Shown here one piece after another: positions 39,584-55,559 of a DNA stretch of 64,000 nt. The position numbers and the translations under genes are program-made. This DNA comes from Octopus sinensis (Eukaryota). Each line of letters opens with the position of its first letter. The first letter of the stretch is position 1. The stretch is from positions 31,620,001 to 31,684,000 of the forward strand of contig NC_043012.1 in the NCBI RefSeq assembly GCF_006345805.1, written 5' to 3'. The notes beneath the pieces were generated by a model. The model did no database searches, was not told where the DNA came from, and worked only from the letters and a program-made list of their open reading frames with translations.

Positions 39584-40145
39584 TACCACAAAGTAATACA
39601 ACAGTCGCAAAAAAAAGACAAATTCACTTTTACTTAACGAACCTTGTGCATAGCCGTTAAAATTTCATTTCCTTCGTACGAGATTTACGAAAATGTATGC
39701 ACATTGCGAGATTTTAATATTCTGCACGTTTTACAAGAGATGTATATGGATATATTTACAAAATAAATAATTGGTGTATATTGTATCAGCCCATCTGGAT
39801 AAAGTACGAAATTATGAATTATTCAACTTAGAAAGAGAACACAGGTAGTTTAATAACACAAGCCATTTTGTTTAACAATCCACCGAGTCAGCCAATCAGC
39901 GCTTTACTACAAAATAAGCATGTGAATATATAATCCTACTTAAAGCGCGCATGCACGCACACATACAAACATCCAAAATATACGTCACAAATTTTATTTT
40001 AGCACCCTCGCTGGGGTCCCGCTGTGTCTGCAAATATAGGTGTTACATCATATTTAACATGTTGGTGTATGTCATAGAATGACATGCGCACCGGAAATTT
40101 TGTGTCTCTGCCCCACACACATTCATACCACAGACACACACAAAC

Positions 40146-40214
<69 letters not shown>

Positions 40215-40245
40215 ACACATCCTTTTCCAAGGTATATATATATTT

Positions 40246-40870
40246 TTTTACTTGTTTCAGTCATTTGACTGCGGCCATGCTGCAAGAGCACCGCCTTTAA
40301 TCGAGCAACTCGACCCCGGGACGTATTCTTTGTAAGCCCAGTACTTATTCTATCGGTCTCTTTTGCCGAACTGCTAAGTAACGGGGAAATAAACACACCA
40401 GCATCGGTTGTCAAGCAATGCTAGGGGGACAAACACAGATACACAAACACACACACGCATATATATATATATATACACATATACGACGGGCTTCTTTTCA
40501 GTTTCCGTCTACCAAATCCACTCACAAGGTTTTGGTCGGCCCGAAGCTATAGTAGAAGACACTTGCCCAAGGTGCCACGCAGTGGGACTGAACCCGGAAC
40601 CATGTGGTTGGTTAGCAAGCTACTTACCACACAGCCACTCCTGCGCCTATATATTTATATATATATATATATACATATATCTTTTAATCTTTTAATCTAT
40701 TACTTGTTTCAGTCATTTGACTGCGGTCATGCTGGAGCACCGACTTTAGTGGAGCAAATCGACCCCGGGACTTATTCTTTGTAAGCCCAGTACTTATTCT
40801 ATCGGTCTCTTTTGCCGAACCGCTAAGTGACGGTTGTCAAGCAATGCTAGGGGGACAAACACAGACACAA

Positions 40871-40929
<59 letters not shown>

Positions 40930-41103
40930 CATATATACGACAGGCTTCTTTCAGTTTCCCTCTACCAAATCCACTCACAAGGCATTGGTCGGCCCGCGGC
41001 TACAGCAGAAGACACTTGCCCAAGATGCCACGCAGTGGGACTGAACCCGGAACCATGTGGTTGGTTAGCAAGCTACTTACCACACAGCCACTCCTACGCC
41101 TAT
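40246..41103 (-). mobile_element. two tandem SINE family A copies (40246-40649, 40700-41103)
   Basis: Both full length and highly similar. Confidence 0.92.
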
Positions 41104-41104
41104 T

Positions 41105-41255
41105 CTTAGTCAGCAGAAGTTCGCCATTACCTTCTGCCGGAGCCACATGGAGCTTAGGTGTTTCGCTCATAAACACACACATCGCCCAGTCTGAGATTCG
41201 AACCCGCAGTCCCTTAACTGCGAGTCCACTGCTCTAACCACTAAGCCATGTGCCT
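41105..41255 (-). mobile_element. SINE family C-related 5' fragment
   Basis: gagcttaggtgtttcgctcataaacacacacatcgcccagtctgagattcgaacc resembles 22583-22640. Confidence 0.7.
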
Positions 41256-41257
41256 AC

Positions 41258-41655
41258 TAGGCGTAGGAGCGGCTGTGTAGTAAGTAGCTTGCTTACCAAC
41301 CACATGGTTCCGGGTTCAGTCCCACTGCGTGGCATCTTGGACAAGTGTCTTCTACTATAGCCTCGGGCCGACCAAAGCCTTGTGAGTGGATTTGGTAGAC
41401 TGAAACTGAAAGAAGCCCGTCGTATATGTGTATATATATGTATGTATGTGTGTCTGTGTTTGGCCCCCTAGCATTGCTTGACAACCGATGCTGGTGTGTT
41501 TACGTCCCCGTCACTTAGCGGTTCGGCAAAAGAGACCGATAGAATAAGTACTGGGCTTACAAAGTCCCGGGGTCGATTTGCTCGACTAAAGGCGGTGCTC
41601 CAGCATGGCCGCAGTCAAATGACTGAAACAAGTAAATGAGTAAAGGGTAAAGAGT
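41258..41655 (+). mobile_element. SINE family A, full length
   Basis: taggcgtaggagcggctgtgtagtaag ... gactgaaacaagtaaatgagtaaagggtaaagag. Confidence 0.92.
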
Positions 41656-41864
41656 ATATATATATATATATATTATTTAAATATATATATATAATTTAAT
41701 AAGGCAGCTAGTTAACAGAGTTTCACCAAAAGGAAAACAATTATTGTCACTAAATATAACTGAAGGTGTTACAACACCAACACTGCTGAAAATAAGATCT
41801 GAAGTGCCCCGTTGCTGCTGTCAAAAAACCAGCATGTACTCTTACTGCAATATATATACATATA

Positions 41865-42251
41865 TCTCTCTATATATAAACGGCAGTTTGTCTGAGTGCG
41901 TGTCTGTGTGTCTGTTAGGTTGTACCCTCACCCTGACCACGGCTTTCAACCGATTCTGATGAAACTTGACACACACATAGCCCAATGTCATAATTCAAAA
42001 CTAACGCAGCGAAAATTTTGAAAAGTTCCCCCAGTTCAGAAAAAGATCGATAAATTCGACATGGGGTCGACAATCAGAAACACAAACCACAGATGGTCTA
42101 GGGGACGCAACTCGACCTTTTTAACTCTCAAAAAAAATTTACCGTTATTTTTTCACATTTTTTTTTTTGCTATTTTTTGGCTATAGCTCTCTAAAAATGC
42201 TTTATAGTTATTTCCCTTACAAACCCGAGCAACGCCGGGCGATACTGCTAG
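41865..42251 (+). mobile_element. non-autonomous Helitron, complete
   Basis: 5' TC(TCTCTATATATAAA), 3' hairpin cccgagcaacgccggg then CTAG at 42248-42251; inserted between A and T with no TSD. Confidence 0.88.
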
Positions 42252-42604
42252 TATATATATATATATATAAAATTCTAACCATTGGTAAGAATTTGAATGT
42301 TATTAACATTCAGTAAATGGGAATCACCTGGGCCTCTCGCCAACAAGGGAATAGTTCTGTGACACAACGTGTCATCCGTTTAGCAAACACACGCACACGC
42401 AAGCACGCATGCACGCACACACGCATATATGAATGTGTGTGTGTGTGTATGTGAGTGTGTATGTATTTTCTTTTTTTTATTTTATCTAGTGTCAGCTCAC
42501 GAGCTATGGCCATGCTGGGGCAACGCCATTATGTATATTCTTTTATTATTGTATGTATATTCTTTATTGTATGAATATACCGTATGTATATTCTTTTATT
42601 ATTG

Positions 42605-42809
42605 TATTTGTTTCAGGTATTTGGCTGCGTCCATGCTGGGGCACTGCCTTTAGTTGAACAAATCTACCCCAGTACTTATATCCTTGTAAGCCTAGTACTT
42701 ATTCTATCGGTTTATTAAACCGAATCGCTAAGTGACGGTGACGTAAGCACACCAGCATCGGTTCTGAAGCGATGGGGGTAGTGGGGACAAATACACACAC
42801 ACACACACA

Positions 42810-42853
<44 letters not shown>

Positions 42854-43012
42854 GATGGGCTTCTTTTAGTTTCAGTCTACCAAATCCACTCAGGTTTTGG
42901 TCAGCCAGAGGCTATAGTAGAAGATACTTGCCCAAGGTGGCACGCTGTGGGACTGAACCCGGAACTGTGTGGTTGGTAAGCAAGCTACTTATCAGACAGC
43001 CACTCCTATGCG
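42605..43012 (-). mobile_element. SINE family A, diverged
   Basis: Full-length reverse homology. Confidence 0.85.
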
Positions 43013-43014
43013 TG

Positions 43015-43063
<49 letters not shown>

Positions 43064-43507
43064 TATATATATACACATACATACGCTTATATATAGATAC
43101 ACTACACATTTTATGTGTGTCTGTGTGTATCATTATTTTTATATATATACACATATACATATATATATATACATATATGCATACATCTATTTATATCTAT
43201 ATATGTATGTATATATACATATGTATGCGTTTGTATATAGTATGCATATGAATATATATAAACATCTATATCTTATATCTATATTTTTGGGCATATACAT
43301 GTGTTTATATATATATATATAATATATATATATATGAATATATATATATATATATATAATATATATAGAATATATATATATATTATATATATATAATATA
43401 GATATATGAATATATATAGTCGTATACACATAAACAAACACGAACACGCAAGCACACACACACACACTATCATATATATCTATATCTATCTATCTATCTA
43501 TCTATCT

Positions 43508-43544
<37 letters not shown>

Positions 43545-43779
43545 ATCTCTATCTATATATATCTATATTATATATATATATTATCTATATATATATATAT
43601 ATATATAATATATGTATTGTTTTGGCACCTCCCTGGTATTTTTGTTATTTATTCATTAATGAGAGTTGTTTTTATACCTTCAGGCACAGGACCAGAACTG
43701 TAAAGTGCAGAAATATTTCTTTCGTAGACAGTTTTATGCCTATCTCATTTGATGTGTTCTAAAAGAATCTGTAAAGCAA

Positions 43780-44170
43780 CGAGGTTAAGAACGTCTAGAG
43801 GTATATACTTAATCAGAAATTATTCAACATATTTTGCACAGAAGACCGGAAAATGATTATAGGTTTTCCTAGGAACCATTTGTGGCACCAGTGGATTTTA
43901 AGGCATTGTTCAAATGATTGAGAGACATTAGGTCCTTTAGTTTGATTAAGTGTCGCAAATTATTCGATAGAATTATTATGAGACCACTTCTTTTCTGATA
44001 TTAAAGAAAATATGGAGAGGACTCTGAAGATGAACTATTAATAGAAACAACACAAAAAATGTATATGAGATATATTTTAGTTTAGAAAGTTGTTGTTAGC
44101 TGCAGGCTTGTAGAATTTAGACACACAGAATTCACATTTCTATTCTAGTTGCAGAGAATGGAAAATATAA
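43780..44170 (+). pseudogene. possible Ty3/gypsy pol remnant (RT-RNase H junction)
   Basis: Spacing of IIGFLG, C.K.F..I, L.IET, VV..A.RI and YSS..E across frameshifts resembles gypsy pol; very degraded. Confidence 0.3.
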
Positions 44171-45559
44171 ACGAAAATTGCATGGGAATTTGAACAATAA
44201 ATCATATAATGGCAGAAAAGCAGAGTTCTATTTTAACTCTGTGCAATACTGCATTGTATATTAACACAAGCGTACATATTCACATAAACATATATATATA
44301 CATACTTTCATATATATATATATATATGTGCGCGAATATTTATATATACATATATGTGCACACACAAGCACACAGACGTGTCCCAGCATGAAGGCGTTGC
44401 CTCGAAATGGCTCCTGTTGTATAAGGTACGTGTGTGTGTGTGTGTGTGTGTGCTTTTTATGTGTGTGCGCGTGTGTGCGTGCGCACGCGTGTGTTTGCGT
44501 TTGTCTGTGTTCGTTTATATAATTTGTATGCGCAAATTTAGTACGTGTAGATATATATTTATAAAAAACATCTCTATGGGCACATACCCATGCACGCACG
44601 CACAGACACCCTCCTATATATATATATATATATGCAATTATATATGGACATGCATATACATATATATTTGAGAGAGTGTGTGCGTGTGTGTCTCTGTGTG
44701 TGTGCATATATGTGTGTGCATTGTGAGTAAATGTTAATAAGTGAAACAGTATGTTTCTCTCTATACTGGTGTCCAATTATAAAGCCTCATTGTTAAACAT
44801 TTTCAAAACAAAAAGCCAGTCACTTGCTCAGATTTCTTTAATATATCATCCTGGTAATGAATACGATAAGCTTGTTTTATTTCTTAACTACCTTTCAAGT
44901 AAATGATATAACCACTTAGAATCTTATTTATTGCTGTAACTTTGGCAGATGTATACAGAATCGTTGTCAAATTCAGATAAATATTTTCTGATGACTATAC
45001 TCCATACACTAAATTGGGGTCAGATTTGAAATTATCCGGCTCCGCTAGAATAACAAAACGGAGAAAGATTATGTAGTTCTACGTAAAATCAGGGATACAG
45101 GAAATAGTATTGAAACCAAAACCAATACTTCGAAGTAAAAGAGAGAAAATGGAAAGCATTGTTATTAGATCATTAATAAGTACATGTATTTCTTGTGATT
45201 ATTATGAACAAATATAATGTTGAAATAATAACCGTGTGTGCCAAACATGTTCTGACTGAAACAAACAAAAGCAAAACGAAACTGTTGCAGGAAGTACGAA
45301 GGAATCTTATTATGTGCAGTAAGGTGGTGAGCTGGCAGAATCGTTAGCACGCCGGCATTTCGTCTGTCTTTGTGTTCTGAGTTCAAATTCCGCCGAGATC
45401 GACCTCACCTTGCAGTCCCCGAACTTGCAGTCTTTGCGCCAAAATTTGAAACCACTATTTATTATACTCTGTGACCATGGCTTCTGCAGGCCTCTCGAAA
45501 CCGGTGGAATTGATGCTGTAATTTTTCCACTTAAACAATTGTAGGAAGAGATAAATATT

Positions 45560-46100
45560 TTTAATGCAGGAGAAGATATTGGTGGTTTAAGTCACAGAAT
45601 AAATGAAAATTGAAGAATGAGAAAGATGTTGTGCCAGTGTAACTGGAGCTCGTTACTGCTGATATCTCTGTGAAGGAATTCAGTGAATAGGAGACTGGAG
45701 TCTACGTATGCACAGATATCACCTCTGTACTGAAGTATGAACAATGATGTTTTGCATATAGGCATCAAGCAATTTGTGTCTCGGTAAGGAATAGGTTCAG
45801 AGGTTTGAGTGCGAAAAGTAATGTGTGGGATCTCAAGAGAAAAGAAGTCTCCAGAGGCATGAGAAGACAATGGATAATTGCTCTGGGATCGGATCTACTT
45901 TTTTAGCATTATGGAGTCTTGCAGAAGGTGATTGAGTGAAACGGTAAGCCCCATTCCTCATCAGATCGGATGTCTTGTCCAATTACTTCTGGCAGAGTTA
46001 ACTTTGTTAAAGACACACAAGTGCCAGACAGAGATGGTAAATGTGGCGGCGCGTTGCGCTTCATCTCCTAAAGACACCTTTACGCTACATACAAGCGGGT
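45560..46100 (-). pseudogene. possible LINE endonuclease 5' remnant
   Basis: PHITFRTQTS ... RGDICAYVDSSL resembles the N-terminal AP-endonuclease region; weak. Confidence 0.3.
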
Positions 46101-46809
46101 TACGGTGAAAACAAGAGCAAAGGAAAAATAAGACCTTCCTTTCTTCCCCCAAAAGGTATAAAAACCCCACAGCAATTCTATGACTATAGTAGTAATCGAA
46201 CTAAAATAGTGAGCGTAGTCGACGTATTAGCTTCAGCAGTAGAAGTGTTGGCTGTGAAGTAATCGAAGTCGCTGTAGTAGATATATGTGTATGTGTGAGT
46301 ACGTACATGTGTGTATGTAAGTATATATGTATGTGCACATGTATGTATATAAAACAATAAGGGACAAATCATACAAAATCGAACAATCTTGAGTACAAAT
46401 ATAAAAATCGTAATAATCTTAAGATATAAACTACGTTATTTAAAAACTAATAAATAATACCAATGTATAAATCAATCAGCTATAAAAACACAATGGTCCA
46501 GCCAGTATGTCTGATGAATTTCGTTGCATAAGATTATGTGAGTTGGTACAGTATGTGAGTTAGTTACATAACGCCTAAATCAGAGGCTGTGGCCACCACT
46601 AAAAGATCTCTTATTACTATCATCTAAGATAAGTTCGAGATTAAATGTTAAACCAAAGACCTTTATGTTTAATTGTTACATTCGTATTAAACATCACTGT
46701 TTAAACATCCAATACACATGGTCACTATAAAGTATATATATGAGCTGTGGCCAAAACAATCCAAAGATGTGAGGCATGCATCACTGCGACCACACGGGCG
46801 AATGTAAGT

Positions 46810-47135
46810 TGCGTGTAGTAAGAAACTTGGTTCTAGGTTCAGTCCCACTGCATGGCACCTCATGTTACTGCCTTCTAGTGTAGTATCGAGCCGACTAAAG
46901 CCTTGCACGTAGATTTGGTAGACGAAAACTGAAAGAAACTTTTCGTAAGGCTTAGGAATAGCTGTGTGGTAGGAAGCTTGCTTCCCAGCCAGATTGTTCC
47001 GGGTTCAGTCCTACTGCATGGCACCTTGGGCAAGTGTTTCCTACTAAAGCCTCGGGCAACCAAAGCCTTGTGAATGGATTTAGTTGGCGTAAACTAAAAA
47101 GGAAATCCGTCGTGCATATATATATATTATATATA

Positions 47136-47177
<42 letters not shown>

Positions 47178-47483
47178 ATATAATATATATAAATATATTA
47201 TGTGTGTTGTGTATGTGTGTATGTGTGTGTGTATGTTTATATCTATGTGTCTGTGTGGTATCTGTCCCCCACTACTGCTTGACAACCGGTGCTGTGTCTC
47301 TATTTCCCTGTAACTTAGCAGTTCGGCTAAAGAACCCGATAGAATAAGTACCAGGTTTAAACGAATAAAAAATCCTGGGGTCAATTTAGTCGACTGAAAT
47401 TCTTCAAGGCGTTGCCCCAACATGGCCGCAACCTAATGGCTGAAACAAAGAAAAGGAAAGAATGAAAGTTATACATATTATAT

Positions 47484-47547
<64 letters not shown>

Positions 47548-47790
47548 CGTGTGTGCGCGTGCATGTATGTGTGTGTGTATGTGTGTGTTTATTTGCCTTT
47601 GTTACCATCACCATTTGACAACCAATGTCGGTATGCTTACGTCCCCGTAACTTAGCGGTTCGGCAAACGAGACTGATAGAATAAGTACCAGTCTTATACA
47701 AAAGTGCTGGGATCGATTCAATCGACGACGATTTCTCCAAGGCAGTGCCCCAGTATGGCTGCAGTCTAATGATTGTAGGAAGTAAAAGAT
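46810..47790 (+). mobile_element. cluster of diverged SINE family A pieces
   Basis: 5' half 46810-46945, full copy 46950-47465, 3' half 47590-47790. Confidence 0.8.
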
Positions 47791-48254
47791 AATAAGGAGT
47801 AACGCGATCACAAGAATCTGTAGAAAATCACAAATAGCCGAATAAAAAGGACGACCTATCAGAGGAGGACCCGTCGAATACAAGATACATAAGATCTCAC
47901 AAAAGAAAGTATCGCAACGAAACGACCATCATAAATAACAGTAAAGCTACTACTAAAGAATCTGTCAGGAATAAACAAAATAAAGTATTATAGCAAAAAA
48001 AAAAGACAATAATAAATAGATAAATGAACAAAAAAAACAACAACTCCATGAAAAAAGAATTAAAACGCTAACGACGATAATAAAAACGATACACGTCCTC
48101 ATTTAAATGTTAAATCAAATTCACAAACTGAAGTCACACTTAATAAAAGAAGCGACGTCGCTGCTGGTCAGAGAATTGTAATACCTCTATTCTTGCAAGG
48201 GGCATCATTTTTGTTCTTTTTTAACTTGTTTTCTTTTTCTCTGAGCTACTGTAC

Positions 48255-48668
48255 CTATTTCTTTACTACCCACAAGGAGCTAAACACAGGACAAACAAGG
48301 ACAGACAAACGGATTAAGTCGATTATATCTACCCCAGCGCGTAACTGGTACTTAATTTATCGACGCCGAAAGGATGAAAGGCAAAGTCGACCTCGGCGGA
48401 ATTTGAACTCAGGACGTAGCGACGAACGAAATACCTATTTCTTTACTACCCACAAGGGGCTAAACACAGAGAGGACAAACAAGGTCAGAAAAACGGATTA
48501 AGTCGATTATATCGACCCCAGTGCGTAACTGGTACTTAATTTATCGACCCTCGAAATGATGAAAGGCAAAGTCGACTTCGGCGGAACTTGAACTCAGAAC
48601 GTAACGGCAGACGAAATAAGGCTACACATTTCGCCCAGAGTGCTAACGTTTCTACCAGCTCGCCGCCT
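48255..48668 (-). mobile_element. SINE family B tandem dimer
   Basis: tacctatttctttactacccacaagg...ggcggaatttgaactcag unit repeated twice, with a single head at 48668. Confidence 0.88.
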
Positions 48669-48671
48669 AAC

Positions 48672-50505
<1,834 letters not shown>

Positions 50506-50517
50506 AATAATAATAAT

Positions 50518-50586
<69 letters not shown>

Positions 50587-51202
50587 TGGGAGGAGGTTAG
50601 TCGATTACAACGACCGCAGTACGTAATTGGAACTTATTTCATTGACCCCGAAAGGATGAAAGTGGAAGTCAACCACGGCGGAATTTGAACTATGAATGTA
50701 CAGACGATCGAAATGCCGCTAAGCATTCTTGCCCCGCGTGTTAAGATCCTTGTATGCCCGTGAGCGGTGACAGCAGTTACGCAGCAAATATCCTTTAATA
50801 GTATGTATTCACGTTGGCAAATCCCTATCCTATAACCATAAATTTGTAAGTCCATTAGTTTTTGTTTCAATGCTAGGGAAGGGTTGCTAAGATTATATAT
50901 ACGTAAGTAGAGACATCAATTTGTAGGTGGGCTGGTCGGAAGAAGGTTGACTAAATAGCCATATAATTTTATGAACATACATGGATTCATACATAAAAAT
51001 ATATATCAATATATTCATGCAATACACAGACGTATAAAACTTATGTGTATATGTTTCTATATAATTATATTTATTTACTTGTATACAAATATATATATGT
51101 ATACATATATAAACACACGCACACGCACATACACAGACGCACACACACACACACACACACAACACACGCGCGCGCGCGCACGCACACACATAAATCTATA
51201 TA

Positions 51203-51417
51203 CGAGAAGCTTCTGAAAAGGTCCTGGCTTTGAGGTTATCGCGAAGGGCATGGCTGGAAACCCAAATTGTCGTGTTTTTTTACAGAGCTTAGAAAAACTG
51301 AGATACCGCTGCAATGAGTGTGTGAATCTGAGAGGGAAAATGTTGAATAAAATCATAATTAATTGATCCTCCTGTGTTTTCTTTTACCCAAAGCCAGGAA
51401 CTTTTCAGCATCCTTCG
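51203..51417 (+). mobile_element. mariner-derived MITE
   Basis: TA-cgagaagcttctgaaaaggtcctggcttt / aaagccaggaacttttcagcatccttcg; retains transposase C-terminus LEKLRYRCNECVNLRGENVE*. Confidence 0.82.
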
Positions 51418-51430
51418 TGCACGCGTGTGA

Positions 51431-51468
<38 letters not shown>

Positions 51469-51593
51469 AAGATAAATTAAGTATAGAGACATTGACAATC
51501 CAATAAATTATTCATATCAAAACATTACATTAAATACTATGAATATAATATATAACTTAATATTATATAAATATTTATAAAAACCGTAAAAGG

Positions 51594-51673
51594 CCAACAA
51601 ATTGTTCCGACTTATATATATTGTTTTCTGATATACATAATCACAGTTCTATTATATATAAGTCACTTCAGGG
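51594..51673 (-). ncRNA. degenerate hammerhead-like motif in a PLE-like 3' end
   Basis: Minus: cc-CTGAAG-t-gacttatatata...tatatataagtc-GGAA-caatttg-TT-gg; perfect 12-bp stem II; element sits between (TA)n tracts. Confidence 0.4.
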
Positions 51674-52072
51674 TTCTTGGTTCTGAAAAACGAAATTCTG
51701 TGTGAAAAGCCGTGCTGGATTGTAAAAAAAATTCAGTCTAAATTTGCAATCTTATATAGTGGTGCTTTCAAAACTTCTTGCCATATATATGTATTTATAT
51801 AATATATTATATATATATATATAGTATATATATATATATATATATTGTGTGTGTGTGTGTATATTAATTTATCTTCCCTAATTATGTAAATATATAGATA
51901 TATAATATATATATGTTATATTATATATATATCGATGTTGTTGGTAATTGTCAGCACAATCTTTTGATTTCTCTGATATATGGGTCTTCTGGGATAATAT
52001 CTAGATATTTCTGACATCCCGAAGCACGCATTTGATGCTGCCTGAATGTATATATTCATCGATTAGAAAAAC

Positions 52073-53011
52073 AACATCGTCTGTTCCATGCCTGACCCGT
52101 CTCTCAAAGTTTGTACGTAGTTGCCTTGCTTTTTGGTACTATGTATACTAGATTCCTTTTTCGTCTACCGCTGCACCCGCAATATAGTGTTAAGAATTAG
52201 GTGGAAAATAAAACCAAAGCGTGACTAATACTTGATATGTGAAGCACTACTGGGATATAATTATGTATGGCAATATATATGTTTACAATATATAGATATG
52301 GATTTTTTGTGGAACAGTGAAAATCTCTAACAACTGAAAACATGAAAAAAATAAAGGGTGAGATTTGCCTTTCATCCTTTTAGAGTTGCTAAAATCAGAA
52401 TCATGCAAAAGGGGGTTCGATGAAATCGACAAGCCCCCACCTCAAATCTGCGGGCTTTGTGCCTATAACAGAAAGGATTATTATTATGATTATTATTATT
52501 AGTAAGGGTTACACTAAATCATTGAGTACTTCCTATCCTAAAAGAAGAATTAGACGCATCTTCGAAAACATGCATAACAGAGTTGAACGTTAATAAATGC
52601 TGTATCAGAGTTCCTTATCAATATTGACAGGGCGTTGTATTGCTTCTTGCTGGAATGTGGCATTAGTTAATCAGTCGATGTCTTTACGGAAGTAGTTTGT
52701 ATCATTAGAGTCGGACAAATTTTGAATGGTGAGAGAGCGAGAGAGAGAGACACGCCTTGCTTTCTCTAATGTTATTAATTAAACAGCTGAGTCACATCAG
52801 CTCGAAATTATAGTAATTAAAGTTGAATTTCCAGTTCTGTTTGCATGTGTCCTGTTGTAATTAACATTGGAATAAGAAAAGCTCAAAGCAGCAGAAGCAG
52901 GGCTTCATCATGATCATCATAATTATCATCCTTATGATGATGATCAACATTGGCAGCAGCAGTACTAGCAGCAGTAGTAGTGGTAGTAGTAGTAATAGTA
53001 GTAGTAGTAGT

Positions 53012-53062
<51 letters not shown>

Positions 53063-53408
53063 CGAGTAGGCTTTCCTCGAAGCATGCATTTGGTGCTGCA
53101 TGAATGTATATATTAATCGATTAAAGCACAGTTTTAAAATAGTAACATCGTCTGTCAAACTTTGTACGTAGTTGCCTTACTTTGTGGTACTATGTATATC
53201 TGACTTCTTTTTCGTCTACCACTGCACCCGCAATATAGTGTTAAGAATTAGGGGGGGAAATAAAGCCAAAGCGTGGCTAATATTTGAAATGTGAAGCACT
53301 ACTGGAAGATAATCATGTATGACAATATATATGTTTACAATATATCGATATGGATTGTTTGTTGCGTTGTGAAAATCTCTAAGAAATGAAAAAAAATAAA
53401 AAATAAAG
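52073..53408. repeat. local direct duplication of about 270 bp (52073-52357 vs 53144-53408)
   Basis: Shared tttgtacgtagttgcctt...ctgcacccgcaatatagtgttaagaattagg...gtgaagcactactgg...gtgaaaatctctaa. Confidence 0.9.
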
Positions 53409-53598
53409 GAGGAAGTTTGGTGAGCAGTAAATTTTGAATATAATTTTCCTTTGCTTCATTCTGTATTTAGTGTCATTTTGTTTCACGACTGATGTTGAAT
53501 TTTAAAGATTTTCTTTTGTTAAGTTGTGACTATAACCTACTTGATGGTTCAAACATTTGTAGTGTTTATTTTTGTTGTTATCATACATGCACACACAC

Positions 53599-53649
<51 letters not shown>

Positions 53650-54472
53650 GTATATATATATATATATGATTATGTATGTATGTATGTATAAGATATATAT
53701 GATATAATAGATATATATATATATATAATAGAGAGGAGAGAGAGAGAGAGAGAGAGAAAGGGAGAGGGAGAGAGAAAGGGAGAGGGAGAGAGAGAGAAAC
53801 CTAGACAGATATATATATATATACGTACCTGTATGTATGCTTGTTGCTATGATTGATTCTAGTTTCAGCTCATGAGCTGTGGCCATGCTGGAGCATGTGT
53901 ATATACCTCAAAATTTTTTGTTAGCCTGTCTGCTATCACTAGGACAGAATAGTCTAGGCGGAGTAGCACGATACACGTGGATGGAATGGGTCACTGAAGA
54001 GGTCACAAGTGTGTAACAAAAGATTTTCAGACGATAAGATAAAATAAGAACAATAATAAATGTGTGCTTATTGGCAAAAAAGGAAAATGACCATCCCGAA
54101 ATATAACAAACTTTATTTCAACATAAGGTTCACATCTGGAATATTGCAACGCATATGCATCTCTAACATGTCACCCTCCAGTTTATAGTATATTACTTCG
54201 TTTTCTATTACCTTCCGCCATGTATTCCGTTTGAAAACTAATATTTGGTTCTGTGTAACCTTTGTAACTTAATCTGCAGAAATGATTAGCAGAACTTTCG
54301 TTTAATTATATATGGATTTACACAATTTGCATCAGTCATAATTATTGATTGATGAAGTAACTTCATCTGAATTTTGAAACGAACATCACTAATTAAAAAC
54401 TGCAATACTCTCATTTACCTTCCTCTCTTCCTTGACTATGTACATGAGTATATTTGTGTATGTAATATATAT

Positions 54473-54506
<34 letters not shown>

Positions 54507-54710
54507 ATATATAATATATATATATATTATATATTAATTTAAATGTTGGTGTTGTATTACGTGAAGATATTTCGCTACTGCCCCTGTCCCTGCCACTTCC
54601 CCTCCCCAAGCTTTCAGTCAAAACGTAACGTCTCCTGTCCTTCGCTCGCTCTAGGACCCTTGGTGTGTCTCGTCGGCATGTGATTGTAACAAACATGCAG
54701 GTTAAAAGTA

Positions 54711-54752
<42 letters not shown>

Positions 54753-54753
<1 letters not shown>

Positions 54754-55303
54754 CCCTGATACAGTACCCAGCATTGGCTCTCATGGCTTCTGATCTAACT
54801 GATTGGAAGTGTTATCATGTACATTGTTTTGTCTTGGTATAAAAGATGGGCTACAGCAAATATTCTGCTCATACACAGATTTGCTTGTCAGTTGTTTTAC
54901 CTTAACCAGTTGAGCATGTCCCTTAGTGGCTGACGATATGTGCATCTCTGATCACGAGCAGAAGTAGTGGGGGAGCATCATAGCCATGTGTTGAGAGGGA
55001 TCTTTGGGTTTGAATAATTCACCTCTGGAAACATGGGTGGTTCTTTTCAACATCCTTAAACAACCCTTATTCAGGGACCTTTTGAGCAGGATGGGCTACT
55101 CAACCTGAAGAAAATTCTAACTGGGCCCCACCTGCAAGGTCATGTGCCTGTTTATCTTGATATGAGATCACCATGTCGCGCACATATGGTTCTGATGCAT
55201 GTGCCTGGTGTACCCTTATCAGACGGGTAGTCATGATGGGTATATTGGGCTTCGTATATTTTACCCCAGTGTCACTTTGATGGCATGAACTGCTCTCTCA
55301 CTC
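54753..55303 (+). mobile_element. roughly 550-bp non-coding retroelement (LINE 3'UTR or SINE) inserted in (TAA)n
   Basis: (TAA)n on both sides; reverse homologue at 55862-56324. Confidence 0.8.
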
Positions 55304-55328
55304 AATAATAATAATAATAATAATAATA

Positions 55329-55361
<33 letters not shown>

Positions 55362-55559
55362 TAATAATTTCGAATTTTCGCACAAAGCAAGCAAGGTCAT
55401 AGACAACCAGGACTCAAGTGATTCCTGTTTCCTCGAAATAATGAAGATAAAGTGGCATAATTTGAACTCTGAACGTAAAAACGTACAAATACTGCTAAGC
55501 ATTTTGTCCAAATGTCGTTGTTGTTGTTGTTGGTATTATTGTCATTATCATATTTATTA

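Noticed and set aside
46495-46592. Hammerhead-like motif on minus (ctgatttag...cgaaattcatc)
   Set aside because: Core and stem I both mismatched; could be chance in AT-rich DNA.
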